A DNA stretch of 63,876 nt, filler included, from Reticulomyxa filosa (lineage: Eukaryota > Protista > Foraminifera), in NCBI GenBank assembly GCA_000512085.1. It is 18 parts of 18 records of this genome, joined end to end, with 100 filler letters (N's around TTAATTAATTAA, not from the genome) between each part and the next. Parts side by side here need not be neighbours in the genome. Positions count along the whole stretch, not along the records: positions 34,624 to 37,250 come from ASPP01011093.1; positions 37,351 to 41,160 come from ASPP01006088.1; positions 41,261 to 42,667 come from ASPP01011258.1; positions 42,768 to 46,745 come from ASPP01016519.1; positions 46,846 to 49,050 come from ASPP01013191.1; positions 49,151 to 57,493 come from ASPP01010856.1; 12 more parts are not named here. One strand, given 5' to 3'. A program made the position numbers and the translations under genes. Below the pieces are notes generated by a model, which worked only from the letters and a program-made list of their open reading frames with translations, had not been told where the DNA came from and ran no database searches. The first letter of the stretch is position 1. The number at the start of each line of letters is the position of its first letter. This document shows positions 36,028-49,199 of the stretch, piece after piece.

Positions 36028-36722
36028 TCATCCAAAATGTAAACCCAAGCCAAAACCTGCCAAAATGGGGCCAATGTTGGTAGCAATAAATTGTATTGCT
36101 TGTGTGCCATGCAATCGCTCTCCAAAAGTGTCAACATCATTTTGGACTTTTTTCCAATTAAATTGAATGTATCCAGAATACGATAGCAACTATGTGTGGC
36201 CCACAAAAAAAAGCAGCACGTATAAGTTTAAAAAAATAGTTGAGAATTGACTGACTGGAAATGGGAATAGAAAATAAGAATAGGTATTAAGAAATGAGGG
36301 AAAAAAAAAAAGGAAACTTGAATGGTCAAGGCGGTGCCTATGCCATATTTGACAAGGGTGTGTCCCATTTTTTTGACGGCCAAGCCAGAAACAAAGCCCA
36401 CTCCACCACCTATGGTAAACAATTGTGCGTAGGGAGATAGCCATTTTTGTACGTCTTCATTGGCAATTGCAACGGTCAACACATCACTCAATTTTTTGTC
36501 GTTTACTGGATTTGCCTCAGAAGGTGCTTGGCTACGTTCGAAATTCACATTCACATTTACGTTTGATCTGACGTAGTCTGCTTGGTCGTACTCGCTTTCT
36601 TCTGTGTCACCTGGCCGGTAACCTGCGTGACCTGGCTCATAACGAGTATACACTGTATTGTTCGTATTCGCATATTGAAGTGCCATTGGTGCTTGCGGTT
36701 CACCTCCTTGTTGTCGTTTCAT
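36028..36722 (-). CDS. FUN14 (FUNDC1-like) mitochondrial outer membrane protein, 2 exons
   Basis: QLFTIGGGVGFVSGLAVKKMG...ALTIQ / LLSYSGYIQFNWKKV...AGFGLGLHFG*; GT-AG intron at 36190-36317. Confidence 0.85.
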
Positions 36723-37350
36723 TTCTCCAAAAATTATTTTTATAAATTCTAATTTTTTTTTTGATGTGGACCTCCTCTTTGGAAAAGAACCTTTTTTAAC
36801 ACCAGCTCTTAAATTATACCTTGTTGCGTTGGTATGTTTGTTATTTTTTCGTGTTCAATGACCAAAAGATGCACTCACAAACTAAAAGCAAAACAAACAA
36901 CATTCGTACTTTTCGCCAAATACTGAAACGTTTCTATTTTTCCTTTTTACGTGTTGGGCTCCTTTTCCAACCGCTGGCATTGTAAAACCGCACATCACAC
37001 ACACATACACGCGCACATATAAAGAAAAAAGAGAGGTGGCAAAGCAAAGCAAAAAAAAAAAAGCATTCAATTATGTTACTGCATCCCCTTCCCCCTTTTT
37101 TTTTTTTTTTAAGCATACATCAAATCTAGTCTGAAGGGTCTTTTGTCATGTTAACAGCAAATGTGATTAGCAAGAAAAAAAAAGGAGCCGAGAGAGTTTG
37201 TAGTTAAAAAAAAAAAAATTGAATTTGCAAAAAAAAAAAAAAAAAAAAGTNNNNNNNNNNNNNNNNNNNNNNNNNNNNNNNNNNNNNNNNNNNNTTAATT
37301 AATTAANNNNNNNNNNNNNNNNNNNNNNNNNNNNNNNNNNNNNNNNNNNN

Positions 37351-39694
37351 AATCGAAATGGAAAGGAAAGATTTAGTGGGGGGACAATGGAAGCCATACA
37401 AATCGCTATGGTATTCACCCTTGTTAAAACCATTGTTAAGTGTGTCACCTCCTTATTTCCATCTCATCTTTTTTTTTTTTTTATTTTTTTTTAAACACTA
37501 AAATAAAATATGGCCACCACTCTAACTCTCATTTTTTTTTTTTTTTTGCATGTCGAAAGACATATCGCATCACCAGATGAATTGGCATTACCATCTCCCA
37601 ACACCCAAGGAGAATGGGTTTGGGCGGAAGGTGTGTATACACTTATTTTACATTTTGGCTGATATGTGCATATATACATACATATGTATATATGTATGTA
37701 TATGTTTATGTACGTATGTATATACTTGTGTTACAAAACAACCAAACAAAATGTAAAAAAAAAAAATAAATAAAGGGTGGAATGTGGTGATGCCTTCTCC
37801 GGAAAATATAAAAGTATCACAAGAATTAACTGCACAAATTGGAACGAACCCAGCATTGGGATACTTGAAATCGATGCAGTTCTTTGTTGGGGAAAAGTTC
37901 ATTGTGGAATCGAAAGTCATGGGGACACTCTCTCCTTCAATCACTACCTTTTCTTCTATTTCTGCTAGCGATGACGAACCCTCCATCACATTCGACAACT
38001 CCAAATTGTCTGATGTTCCCGAAGTCGCCACTATTGCTATTCCCGAAAGTGATTCCAATGCCAAGACAGACAAAGTTTTGATTTTTTTTTTTTTTTTTTA
38101 AAAAAAAAAGTAATGTTATTTATTTATTCATTCGTTCATTCATTAATTGTAAGAACAAAATCATTAGAAAATAGAAATGGAGCAAAACAAACAAACAAAC
38201 AAACAAACAAACAAATAAAACAGCCCAAACAAACAGGATTGAAAAATCGTCTCTCGAATTGGTTTGGCAAGAAAACGAAAACGAACGAACTGACCGACGC
38301 CAGAGAGAGTAGTGTGTTGGCGAGTCAAATGAGTTTGAGCGCGGAAGACTCGGCAGTGTCGCCGAAGAAAACGAATCAAAATAGTGAGTCCATTTTGATC
38401 AAAGATGGTACATTTGATTCGCAAGGATGGATGTATTGTGGCAAGCCTACCAAACAACTATTGCGATGGAGGACGACCAATCAGCCAAGCGGCAAAAAAA
38501 TTTATCGACGTAGAATTTGGGTCAGAGCTGCTATTTGGCAGCCATTGATCCGTCAATCGTCCAAACAATCGGACAAACCAGGTATATAGGTGTATGTGTT
38601 ATGTGTTATGTGTTTTGTGTTATGGGAGAGAGAGAGATAAACAACATGCACATGTATACGTATATACATATTTACATATATACATGATGATATTATTTAT
38701 TATGCATTTGTTTATTTGCTTGTGTGACGTACTTGCATAGAACAAAAAGACAACGCAACAGAGACGGAGAGTGATAATAGTGCTGATTATTTAATGACAG
38801 AGATATTGAGTTCGTTAATTTGGCACGTTCATTTAATGAGCCACGAAAGTCTGCTGAAAATCCTTCCCACCGACAATGTCGCCGACTTGGAGAAAATTAC
38901 GATCGGCAAGCCTCATATCAACCAAGAGTCGGAGGATGGCAAGCAAATGGAGTATCGAAAGCGAACCGAGAGCATAGACCTTGCGCCTAGCTATGGGGCG
39001 AAGCTCGCCAATATGACCAAGTCTTTTGTCAGTTCCTTGGCCGGAATTAACCGAAAGCCGGCTAGCACGTATGAACACATGAAAGAAGTCACGTTTGTCG
39101 AAAACGTGCGTGCAAGGGCGATACGTTTGGGAGATTTGTTGGTGGCAATGAAAAGGCTTCCATTTGGGAACACTTCTTTTGAAGATAACTCTTTCTATGG
39201 TATTCTTCTTCTTCTATCCTTTTTTTTTTTTTTTGGGAAATATGAGGATTTTTTCTGTCGGATTACCATCTGACACACTCCTTCATTCCTTCCTTGTTCA
39301 ATTCATTTTTAACAATAGTAACAGCGAATGAATAAACACATAAATATGTCTATGTATCAATAATGTGACACTCAACACAGACAGTCGTTTAACAATCAAG
39401 CAGAATTTAGGCAGTACTCTTCCTGGTTGAGTGTTTTTTATTTCATTATTACTGTGAATAACAATTAATTATGCTATTTTTGCAATGACGGAACAGACAC
39501 GCCAGAAGGGTCAGAGCTATTATGTGAAAAAGTGTTTGAAGGCCTGTCTGTAGTGCTGTCCGAATGCTTGTTCCATTCCTCCACTCAAAGCTACAGCAGC
39601 AGCGATCGAAATCGACTAATGAAAAAGTTAACCGAAATCTGCACCTTGTACGGAGCGTTGAAAGATGGAAATCAGATGACAAATATGTTACGTG

Positions 39695-39725
<31 letters not shown>

Positions 39726-41095
39726 TTTGCCTTGTGCGCATTACAAATGCGATATTGAGCAACTCACTCCGAATCAAATACACACTTTGCAACAGCACAA
39801 TGTTGGCATTATTGCTACAAGCTTATTCTCGAAGTGTAAACCAAAAAGATGTAAATCCATTGTGGATATTAGATGATCTATTTCACATGAAAAAAAAACT
39901 CATTTCTCTCAATTTAAATAATCTACAGTTTTGGAATGTTCCACTACATATGTCCCTCTTCTTTTTGATAGTGTTCAATATGTATACATATTTATTCATT
40001 TATTTATTTATTGTGTATTGTATGTATCACTTGCTTTTGTTTTTGTTTTTGTTTTTGTTTTGATGACAATGGGAAACAAGAAAATTATGTCTCTTTTTCC
40101 CGGACATGCTAACCAATATGAAGCACGCTGGCTGGATAATTCGTCACAAAGAAAAATACGACTCATTGAACAGTTGGAATGTGAGAATATGTCAAGAGGC
40201 GCTGCAAGGGGCGCAACGAAACTTTCAAACGTGGCTAAAGTTCATGCACGACTCAGTCAAATCCAACGTAGTTGCAGAGGTCGTTTTGCTTTATTTCGAG
40301 ACAAGCACTTCCACCGACTTAATCTCAAAGAAACCAAGTCAAGAATATTCCGACTTTGCCGAGTCTATTTCCGAGTATATGAGACAGTCGATTATCTTTG
40401 CAGTTATTTTTTTTATTTTTTATTTGTTTGTTTGAAAAGTATCATTACATAATAATTGTATTACATATACACATATATTTTTTTATTTATTTATTTATCT
40501 GTTTTATTCAATTGTGTCTGTGGCATTGTGTTTGTTTTTGATTGAAAAAGTCTCGAAAATAAAAGAACAATATCATGTTGCATCAATATTGAAAGGACTG
40601 AATTCGGAGTTGATGGCGAATAGCCAATCGTACAAAGTGACAGCAAACAAGAATGAAAATCACAAAATGAAGGCAGTGGTGGAGGCGAAGAAGAGCAACG
40701 CGAAGAAGAGCGACACGGAGAAGGATGAGAAAAAGAGTGAAGATGAGACCAAGTCAATTCAATCCCCGACCGTGCTCTCGGTGGACATTTCAGAGATTCG
40801 AGGGACGACCTCTTCGATAGTTGGCAGGGAGGTGGTGTCATTGGCGTCGATGACGCAAGTGGTGCAGCTGAACCAATATCGACAGATCCAAGAGCAACTG
40901 GCTCGAGAGAGGGCAGACAAAGAGGAAAAGGAGCAAATGCACAATACGTTTTTGGAATACTTCCGTGACGAAAGCAAAAAAAAGCTATGGTGGCAATACA
41001 TTGAAGAAATCGAGTTGTTGTTCCAAGACGACGCCGACATTAGTATTACCCTTTGGAAGCGTGGGATCTTTTCTGGCATACCTGAAGTTAAATCA
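37351..41095 (+). CDS. Multi-exon protein with a dysferlin (DysF)-like domain; partial at both ends
   Basis: EMERKDLVGGQW, LPSPNTQGEWVW and SQGWMY...YRRRIWVR match DysFN/DysFC signatures. The last visible exon (LWWQY...RGIFSGIPE) weakly resembles the start of a TBC domain. Confidence 0.6.
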
Positions 41096-41260
41096 AAGCT
41101 CTTTCTTATCTATTTATATATATAAATATATACATATATATATATATATTTTTTTTTTTTNNNNNNNNNNNNNNNNNNNNNNNNNNNNNNNNNNNNNNNN
41201 NNNNTTAATTAATTAANNNNNNNNNNNNNNNNNNNNNNNNNNNNNNNNNNNNNNNNNNNN

Positions 41261-41800
41261 AATGACAATGACAATGACAATGATAATGATAATGACAATG
41301 ACAATGGCAATAACAATGACAATGATAACGATAATAACAATCACGCATTAGCAAAGAGACCACGCTCGCAAAGCAAGCCGGCACGGGGCACCGCGGCTAT
41401 CTTGGAGCAGCTTTCGCAAATGGAAGGGGTCGATCACGACCAAGCCGTACTCACGCTGCTGGAAAAGGTCAACGAAGTGTTGAGCGAACACGCGCCGGAC
41501 GTGCAACGACTACTGGAGAATCGCAGCGACGAAATCCGCAAAAAGCTGTCCCAAGCCCCCAACAACATGCGCAGAACCGGTCGACAGAGAGGTCTCCCGC
41601 CACAAGCGCCAAGCAAGCCCAAGATCAGAGTCAATGCCAATGCCAGTGCAAATGAACACGCAAATGAAAACGCCAGCGCAATGGTAAGTAGAAGAAGAGG
41701 GCCAGGACAAGCCAAGCAAGAATTAGAAAAAGAAGAAAACATTAAAATTGCTCGAGGTTTGATGTTATTATATATGCATATAAATGTATACATATACATA

Positions 41801-41833
<33 letters not shown>

Positions 41834-42667
41834 CACGGTAAGGTCATTACGTGATCGGTTTGAACAAGTTGCGAATGACAAACCCGCGACATTTCGACCG
41901 ACTTTGAAGAGCAGCGGACTGAGCGTGCCAGACGGTTCTCGACATCGTCGTCGTGTAAGTGGAGCAGCGGATCTATCCTCGCTCAAGCAAGGACATTTGA
42001 CCAGACAAAACTCGTTGGAAAGCAATCTCACACTGCCCGCGATGACTGCGACGGGTCAAATAAGCAACGTAGCTCAGGGCAGCTCGCGACGCGACAGTCA
42101 CTCTCCGCGCAACTCGCTCAGCGAGGAGTATTCGCAGACGCTCATCACCAACACCGAGGCCGACGGCGATCCGCTGGACCAGCTGCGCAAAATCCTGCAA
42201 AAAGAACCCAAAGAACGCACTGACGAAGATGTCGACGTCATGGTCGCCTACTTTGAAAACTATCGCATTATGAGTGAGGATATCGACATTTACTCTGGCA
42301 AATCCACTTTTCGCGCGTTTATCCAGGAAACGCGATATCGCAAGTATCTGCCACACAAGCACATTTTCACACAAGGCGAGTTAGGGGACGAGTTTTACTT
42401 TATTTTGACGGGCAAAGTAAGTGTGCTGGTCAACGACGACGACGATAATAACAATGACAACAATGACGATGACAAAGAAAAGAAAAAGCAAAACGGCAAA
42501 GCGCAAGCACAACATGGACAATCGTCTGAGAATGAGGCCAAGACACAAGACAAGCTGGGACCAGCAACGAACCACATGCTTCTTGTAGCGTCGCTGTCGG
42601 CCGAAGAGGAAGAAGAGAATGAAGATGGGAATAAGTCCCATGACGACTCCAACAACAACAACAACAA
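41261..42667 (+). CDS. Cyclic nucleotide-binding domain protein fragment
   Basis: LRKILQKEPKERTDEDVD...HIFTQGELGDEFYFILTGKVSVLV; N/D-rich insertions and one (TA)n-rich intron. Confidence 0.85.
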
Positions 42668-42783
42668 NNNNNNNNNNNNNNNNNNNNNNNNNNNNNNNNN
42701 NNNNNNNNNNNTTAATTAATTAANNNNNNNNNNNNNNNNNNNNNNNNNNNNNNNNNNNNNNNNNNNNAAAAAAAAAAAAAAAG

Positions 42784-43417
42784 GTGAGACTCGTTTTTAT
42801 GAGCTATTGAATAACTATAAAGTGAAGATGCTTGTGATGGATGGGAATGGCAAATTACCAATTGAATTGGCGACAATGTCGGTGAAGGCCAGTTGCAAAG
42901 AGTCCAAAGACGATGACAAGACAGACGAAAAGCCTTCATGTGGATTTGAGCTGTTCCTGCAGTTGCCCGAGAATGCCTTTGAGAAAAATAGAGCGAGTCC
43001 GACGGAGGAGACGATGACGGCATTGATCTGCAGTCGTTACAGAACATGACCATGGACGCCAAGCGAAGATTATATGCGCTTTGTCCTTCCAATGATCGTT
43101 CATTGATTGGTGGTGCAGTGGCTTCATCTTGTCCTTATCATAGTATTCACGATGATCTGTTGAGTACGTCTCCTCTCCCCTCCCCCCCTCCGGCTTCCCA
43201 CTCCAAATTCGCTTCTGCAAGCAACGCCCAAAAACAGTGCCCTTTTGCACAGCTTGCAAAACAACATGCTCCCGAAATAACAAATGATGCCAAGTGTCCT
43301 TTCCAAAGTCTCGCATCGAAATCAAACGACCATGCCTTGTCTTCACAGGTGGATGATCAATCTTCTGTTACTGTTGATGAACAGTCACAAATTGATACGG
43401 GTTGTCTGCTTATGTGA
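42784..43417 (+). CDS. 3' part of an unknown protein with Cys-Pro motifs and a CaaX box
   Basis: ORFs 42807-43049 and 43046-43417 join if one base is missing near 42990. Contains CPS, CPYH, CPF and CPF; ends DTGCLLM*. Confidence 0.6.
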
Positions 43418-44086
43418 TTGTTAACTCATTGTAAAAATAAAAATAAAAATCAATATTTTTTTTTTCTTCTTCTTCCCCAAAGAAATTGTATTCATTTTTA
43501 CGTTTTTCTTTTCTTTTATTTTTATTTTTTATTTTCTTTTTTTTATATTTTTATTGTTGGTATTGATTGGTATTTAGTGGCCTTTTCGCTTGTTTTTCAA
43601 ACTTTTTTAAACGTAGTTCTGTGGGTGCAAGGAAATTTTGGAAAATAACTCAAATGAAAAACATCTTATCTTGTTTGTATAATCAATATTCTGTCATCAA
43701 GGCAATATTGAAATAAGAGATTTGGAATTGAGTCTTTTTGCAATTGTGAAAACAAAAGAAAGCTGTATTTTGTGATTCTTTCAATTGACATTTTGAATAC
43801 CGAATTGAAGTTAATTTATAAATATATTTTTTTGAGAATGAATTTTTCTTCGATTAAAAAAAAAAAAAACATTACTTCAATTTAAATATCGATAATTATT
43901 AAATAAAATATATGCATAAAAAACAAGGCAAGTGACCAGAACACACACAATGAAAACTTAATTTTTTTCAAACTTTTATCTATTCAAACAAGAATACCTT
44001 TGAGGTTTTTGCAAAAAAAAAAAAAAAAAAAAAGTAAATTAAATACATTATTTGCAAATTCCTTTGACAAATGACTTTTGCGATAT

Positions 44087-45042
44087 TCATTGAGCACTCA
44101 TAATTTTGTGCGATTGATTGAAATCATTTGAATTTTCTTTACCTTTGTTCACCACATCATTTGTCATTTCAAAATTAGTATTACTTTGTTGAGCAAACCA
44201 AGTGGGCTTTTGCCCCTCCAAAGTTTTTTGTAGAGCCAAATGATGGAATGCGTTACTAATACCCAACAATTCACGACGATGACTTTCAAAATGTAATTGT
44301 TTCTCTTCTTTCAACTGACCCATCACCAATCACATTTAAAAAAAAAAAAAAAAAAGATTGACACCAAAGTGCAAGAAAAAGTACCGTGTTTTTTTTTTTT
44401 TTTTTTTTTGCAAAACTTGTCGAATTTCTGATTTCAAAGCTTCAATTGTATCTTTATGGGTTTGACAATCATTATTCCCTACATACGTCTTTTGGTGGTG
44501 TAATTGTTCGAGTGCAGTGTGATACTCTTTAAGTTTTTTCTTTTGTTCGGAGGAATATTGGATAATGGCATCTATTTGTTTTTGCATCTCTTGGCACTGC
44601 ACACTTTTATCGCGGTTTTGTTCTTGCAATAACCTGTTCGCTTGTGTCAATTCCTCGATTTGTTTCTGCAATTGTTCAATATCTTGTACTTTTTGCGCCA
44701 CTTGCAACTGTAGTTCATTCACTTCCGCCACTTTTTTAACCCACTCCGTTTTGGATTGCAATGATGGCGAGGACGACAATGACTCCTTGTGTCCTTGCAC
44801 AGTCCACTCCAACTTCTTCATTTGCTCCTTCAATTCCGACACTTCCCTCGCCGCTTCGCGATATCTGCCTTGCGCGTCATTGGCAGCATGCCGCTGTGCT
44901 TCCAATTCTTCCATCGCTTGCTTCAATTGTTCATTTTTGTTGTCGTCAATGTCTTTTTTATATCTGATCAAAACAAAACACAAAAAAAAAAAAATATATG
45001 CATACATATATAAATGTATTTACAATATATAAAAAACAAACT

Positions 45043-45084
<42 letters not shown>

Positions 45085-45397
45085 ATTAAAATCGCGTTGG
45101 TAATTCCTTAATTCAATGACTTGCAATCGCAACGCGGACATGTCATTACGACACTCGCGCAATTTCAAAGCCATGTCTTCTCTCTCTTGCGTGGCGTTGG
45201 ACAACTCGACTTCCAAATAAGCCACTCTATCTTTCGCATCGATTGCATCACTGACTCTGTTTGTGTCATTTGCACAACTATCGGCCAAGCGCGCTTTGTA
45301 CTCCACTATTTGTTGCTTGTACGTTTCCACTTGCTCCTTATTTTCAATTTCATTCGACACAAGTTATATGCAATGTAATGTAAGTCCACACATTTGT

Positions 45398-45461
<64 letters not shown>

Positions 45462-45935
45462 GTACGACAATGGAGTGAGATCAAAACTTTTAATTGTGGG
45501 ATTTGTGACAATTGCAGTTTCAAATCGGAAATTTCCTTCAAAAAAAGATCATTGTTGTTGTCTTTGACAGTTCCCAGGTCTTTCATTTCGACATCTGCAG
45601 CACTAGCATCACCAGATTGACACTGTCGGACTTGCGCATCATGTAGCGTCATCAACTGTGCCAATTCTTCGTTCAGCCTTTCATTGTCCGCTTGCAACTT
45701 TCTTGTCAATTCTTCGTATCTTTTTGCTTCTTTCAAATGCGCTTGGTCTGTCTCTTGTAATCGTCGCTCTCTTTCTTCCAGCATCGCCAATTTCGTTTGA
45801 TACTCCCTCTAAAGTCATCATATATATTTTGTTTGTTTGTTTGTTTGTTTGTTTGTTGCCTCCTTTCTTTTTGTCCTTGCACCTCAAATATTTTTCTACC
45901 GTATACGTATTGTAAATAAATAAATAAATATATAC

Positions 45936-45969
<34 letters not shown>

Positions 45970-46745
45970 TTATTTAAGCTATTCATTTATGTATAAGTAA
46001 CCTCATTTTTTTGGAAATCATCAGAAGCATTAGTTTGAACTTTCTCTTGGAGAAGTTGGTGATCTTGTTTCAATTGAAAGTATTGAGTGGACAGCTGTTT
46101 GAAATTGCTATCTAGTTTTTCAAAGTCGGTTTGAAGCAATTGATAGGCGGTTGGTGATTCTCTTTGCTTTGTGCCTGACGCACCCAAGTGTTGTGTGTTC
46201 CAGCGTTGATGGTAGGGCGTGGTTTCGTGTTGGCGAGTCGAAAAGGCGGCAGTAAACGGGCTTTTGTTCGCGTTGGACGAGTCAAAGTCAAATATTAGCT
46301 GTTGCTGATGTCGTTGGAATAGCAACAGGTCAGATTTTTTTTTGCTTCGTGTGCCAAACGGACTTTGCATAGACAGCCGTTGAGACTTGTCATATTTCCT
46401 TGTCGACAGTTGTGCAAACGATTGCCATTGAGGATCTTTTGTTAATGTGTCTTCACTTGATATCTGCATTGCCATCGTCATCGTCAGACTTTCCGTTTTA
46501 TTGCCAGTGTTCATTATCGGAGTGTTGTTATTATTGTTGTTGTTGTTATTATGGTCCAAATGGCTCAATGAATTGGCTGTGTTCCTATTATACGTAGTTC
46601 CATTCGCGCTGTTTGGCTCGACAAACCCATTTTGACGCATTAGGTCCTCTAGTATGTGCATTAAAAATCTTTGGTCGGTGACATTCAATTCCAGCATTTT
46701 GTCAATGGCCTCTTTGCTTTCGGACTTTATCGCTGCTAATAGCAA
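44087..46745 (-). CDS. HOOK-family coiled-coil protein (dynein activating adaptor-like), 5' partial
   Basis: N-terminal LLAAIKSESKEAIDKMLELNVTDQRFLMHILE resembles the end of the Hook domain. Long coiled coil. C-terminal RRELLGISNAFHHLAL...KPTWFAQQ resembles the Hook EEKLIxSAWY...SFLARQ motif. Confidence 0.7.
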
Positions 46746-46914
46746 NNNNNNNNNNNNNNNNNNNNNNNNNNNNNNNNNNNNNNNNNNNNTTAATTAATTA
46801 ANNNNNNNNNNNNNNNNNNNNNNNNNNNNNNNNNNNNNNNNNNNNTTTTTTTTTTTTTTTTTTGGTTTTGTTTTGGATGTTCGAAAAAAATATATACGTA
46901 TGACGACTACACCA

Positions 46915-48368
46915 GAAATACGTGGACTGGGGACCAGACCAGTTATTGGATTTTTTTTTGAACCACGCAAAAATGCCTGATATTGGTGCGAAACTACATC
47001 GGCACAAAATTAATGGGCTGACAGCGGTTGAACTTGCCAAACAGTCCTCCTTACTTAAAACTGTTTTTGATTTCACACGAAAACAATGTGATCACTTTCA
47101 AACTGCTATTCGTCAGTTGCAAGTTCTGACCTAACATTCTATTACAAAAATTGAACGAAGTCGAAGCTGTTTTTATTTTATTTTATTACTTTTTATGTCG
47201 TTTTTTTTTTTTTGAATAATAATAATAACAATAACAAAAAAAAAATAAATAAATGAAGACATTGTTCATGCCGTTACAAAGCACAGCAGCGGACAAAACT
47301 CTACGATTTCTGTGGTCGGTGTGCAGCAAACATCGATTCGAGCGACCATGCGTGGATATCTTCATTAAAATTTGGAAGGACAATTATTCACAGTTTTTCT
47401 CGTCCCCGATTGTAAATTGCTTGTTGTTTTCTTCATTAGCATTGTTCATATACGTCTCTGTTTTTGTTTTCTTCCCCATTTGTTTGCACAAAATAAATGT
47501 TATTCCTGTTTTGTTTTACAAAAAAAAAAAAAAAATTAGGTTTGAAAAAAAAAAAACAAAACAGAAGTAAAAGTAATACATCCAACGAAAACAGTGTCTC
47601 TTGTAACAATGGTATTTCACATGGACCTGACAACAATATGAGAAAAAAAGTACTCTTGATGTCTCTATCGGAAGAAGAAAGAAAAAGTAGCATCAATCCA
47701 TGTACCGATGAAAAGCGCCATGCCAGTGAAATAACCTGTTTGGGATGTGGAGAAAAATCAGATGATGAGTGCTTCTTATTGTGTGATACCTGCAGAAATG
47801 GCTGCCATAGTTATTGCTTAGATCCACCTTTGTCAACAGTGTCAAATACACAAACGTGGTATTGTCCTGCTTGTACAAGTTTATCAATGACATGCCAACT
47901 TTTGTAAAGTCTTTTTTTTTTTTTTCAGTGTTTATTAAAAAAAAAAAAATTACAGCTGTCGTATTATGAAGCAATGCAAATTATATCATTGTTGTGTTTT
48001 ACTGTTTGTAATCTTACATACGAACAAAGAGTCGAATGTAATCGCAGAGGCGTGTATGTATTGTCAGTCACGCATTTACCACAGCAAATATCAAATCATA
48101 AAGTGTGTGAATAAAAGATGCCGGGGAATGTGTCATGTCGAATGTCTTGTTCAAATTGGCGTCGTTGACAAACCCACCGCACAAAAGCCTCTCCAAAAGA
48201 AATTCATTTCTTGGCAGTGTCCCACTTGTATTAACCCATTTTTTTTTTTTTTTCAAATCAAACAAACAAAAAAAAAAAATTCGCAAAACAAATGCGAAAG
48301 GTTCAAACACGCAAGACTCCTGTCCCAAACTGCCAACCTCAAAACAGTGTTATGTGTCCGATAAAATC

Positions 48369-48426
<58 letters not shown>

Positions 48427-49050
48427 AGTGCATATCAATGGAAAACTTGGACCGACATACAAAAATGGCGGTTTTGAAATTCGTCCGGCACAAACAAAGA
48501 AAAAATTGGCGGTCAAATCGGTAAAACATGGCAAAAGAGCCAAGGAGGATACGTGTTTAAAAGAAACAAGAAAAAGACGTAAAACTAACAAACAGCAGGC
48601 AATCGATTGTGGCCAAGTTGAAGCCATCAAGTCGGGTCATGAAAGTACTGTTGACTATAGGTACGAACAACAAAGAGACCAAAGCCATCATTCTCCCAAA
48701 GTTAAATGCTGTTCATTCTTTGTTTGTTTGTTTTGTTTGAATAATATTTTCATTTTTTTTTCGCTTGTGTGAAAGGGTTTAAATTGTAGTGAGCCATTGC
48801 ACCATGATGACCGGCAAACATCTGAGAAGATTGACACCACTCAGTTACATCACAAGTTACGACCAACATTCGGTAGTCTTTTTTGTTGTTGTTGAAAATG
48901 CATTAAAAAATTTACTTAATTTTTTTTTTAAAATGTCTTCGAATTGCTGCATCAACATACAAGTGTAAAACAAAACAAAACAAAAAAAAAAACAAGGTTC
49001 GATCCAAAAGAGTCATTACACATGGAAACAAACTTAAGGCTACAAGGACT
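46915..49050 (+). CDS. SAM-like domain plus two PHD fingers, multi-exon, partial
   Basis: DWGPDQLLDFF...HKINGLTAVEL (SAM-like); CLGC...LLCDTCRNGCHSYCLDPPL...WYCPAC; CMYC...IIKCVNKRCRGMCHVEC...WQCPTC. Confidence 0.75.
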
Positions 49051-49199
49051 NNNNNNNNNNNNNNNNNNNNNNNNNNNNNNNNNNNNNNNNNNNNTTAATT
49101 AATTAANNNNNNNNNNNNNNNNNNNNNNNNNNNNNNNNNNNNNNNNNNNNAAAAAAAAAAGTTTTAAAATAAGTAAATGAATTAGACACAATCATAGTA

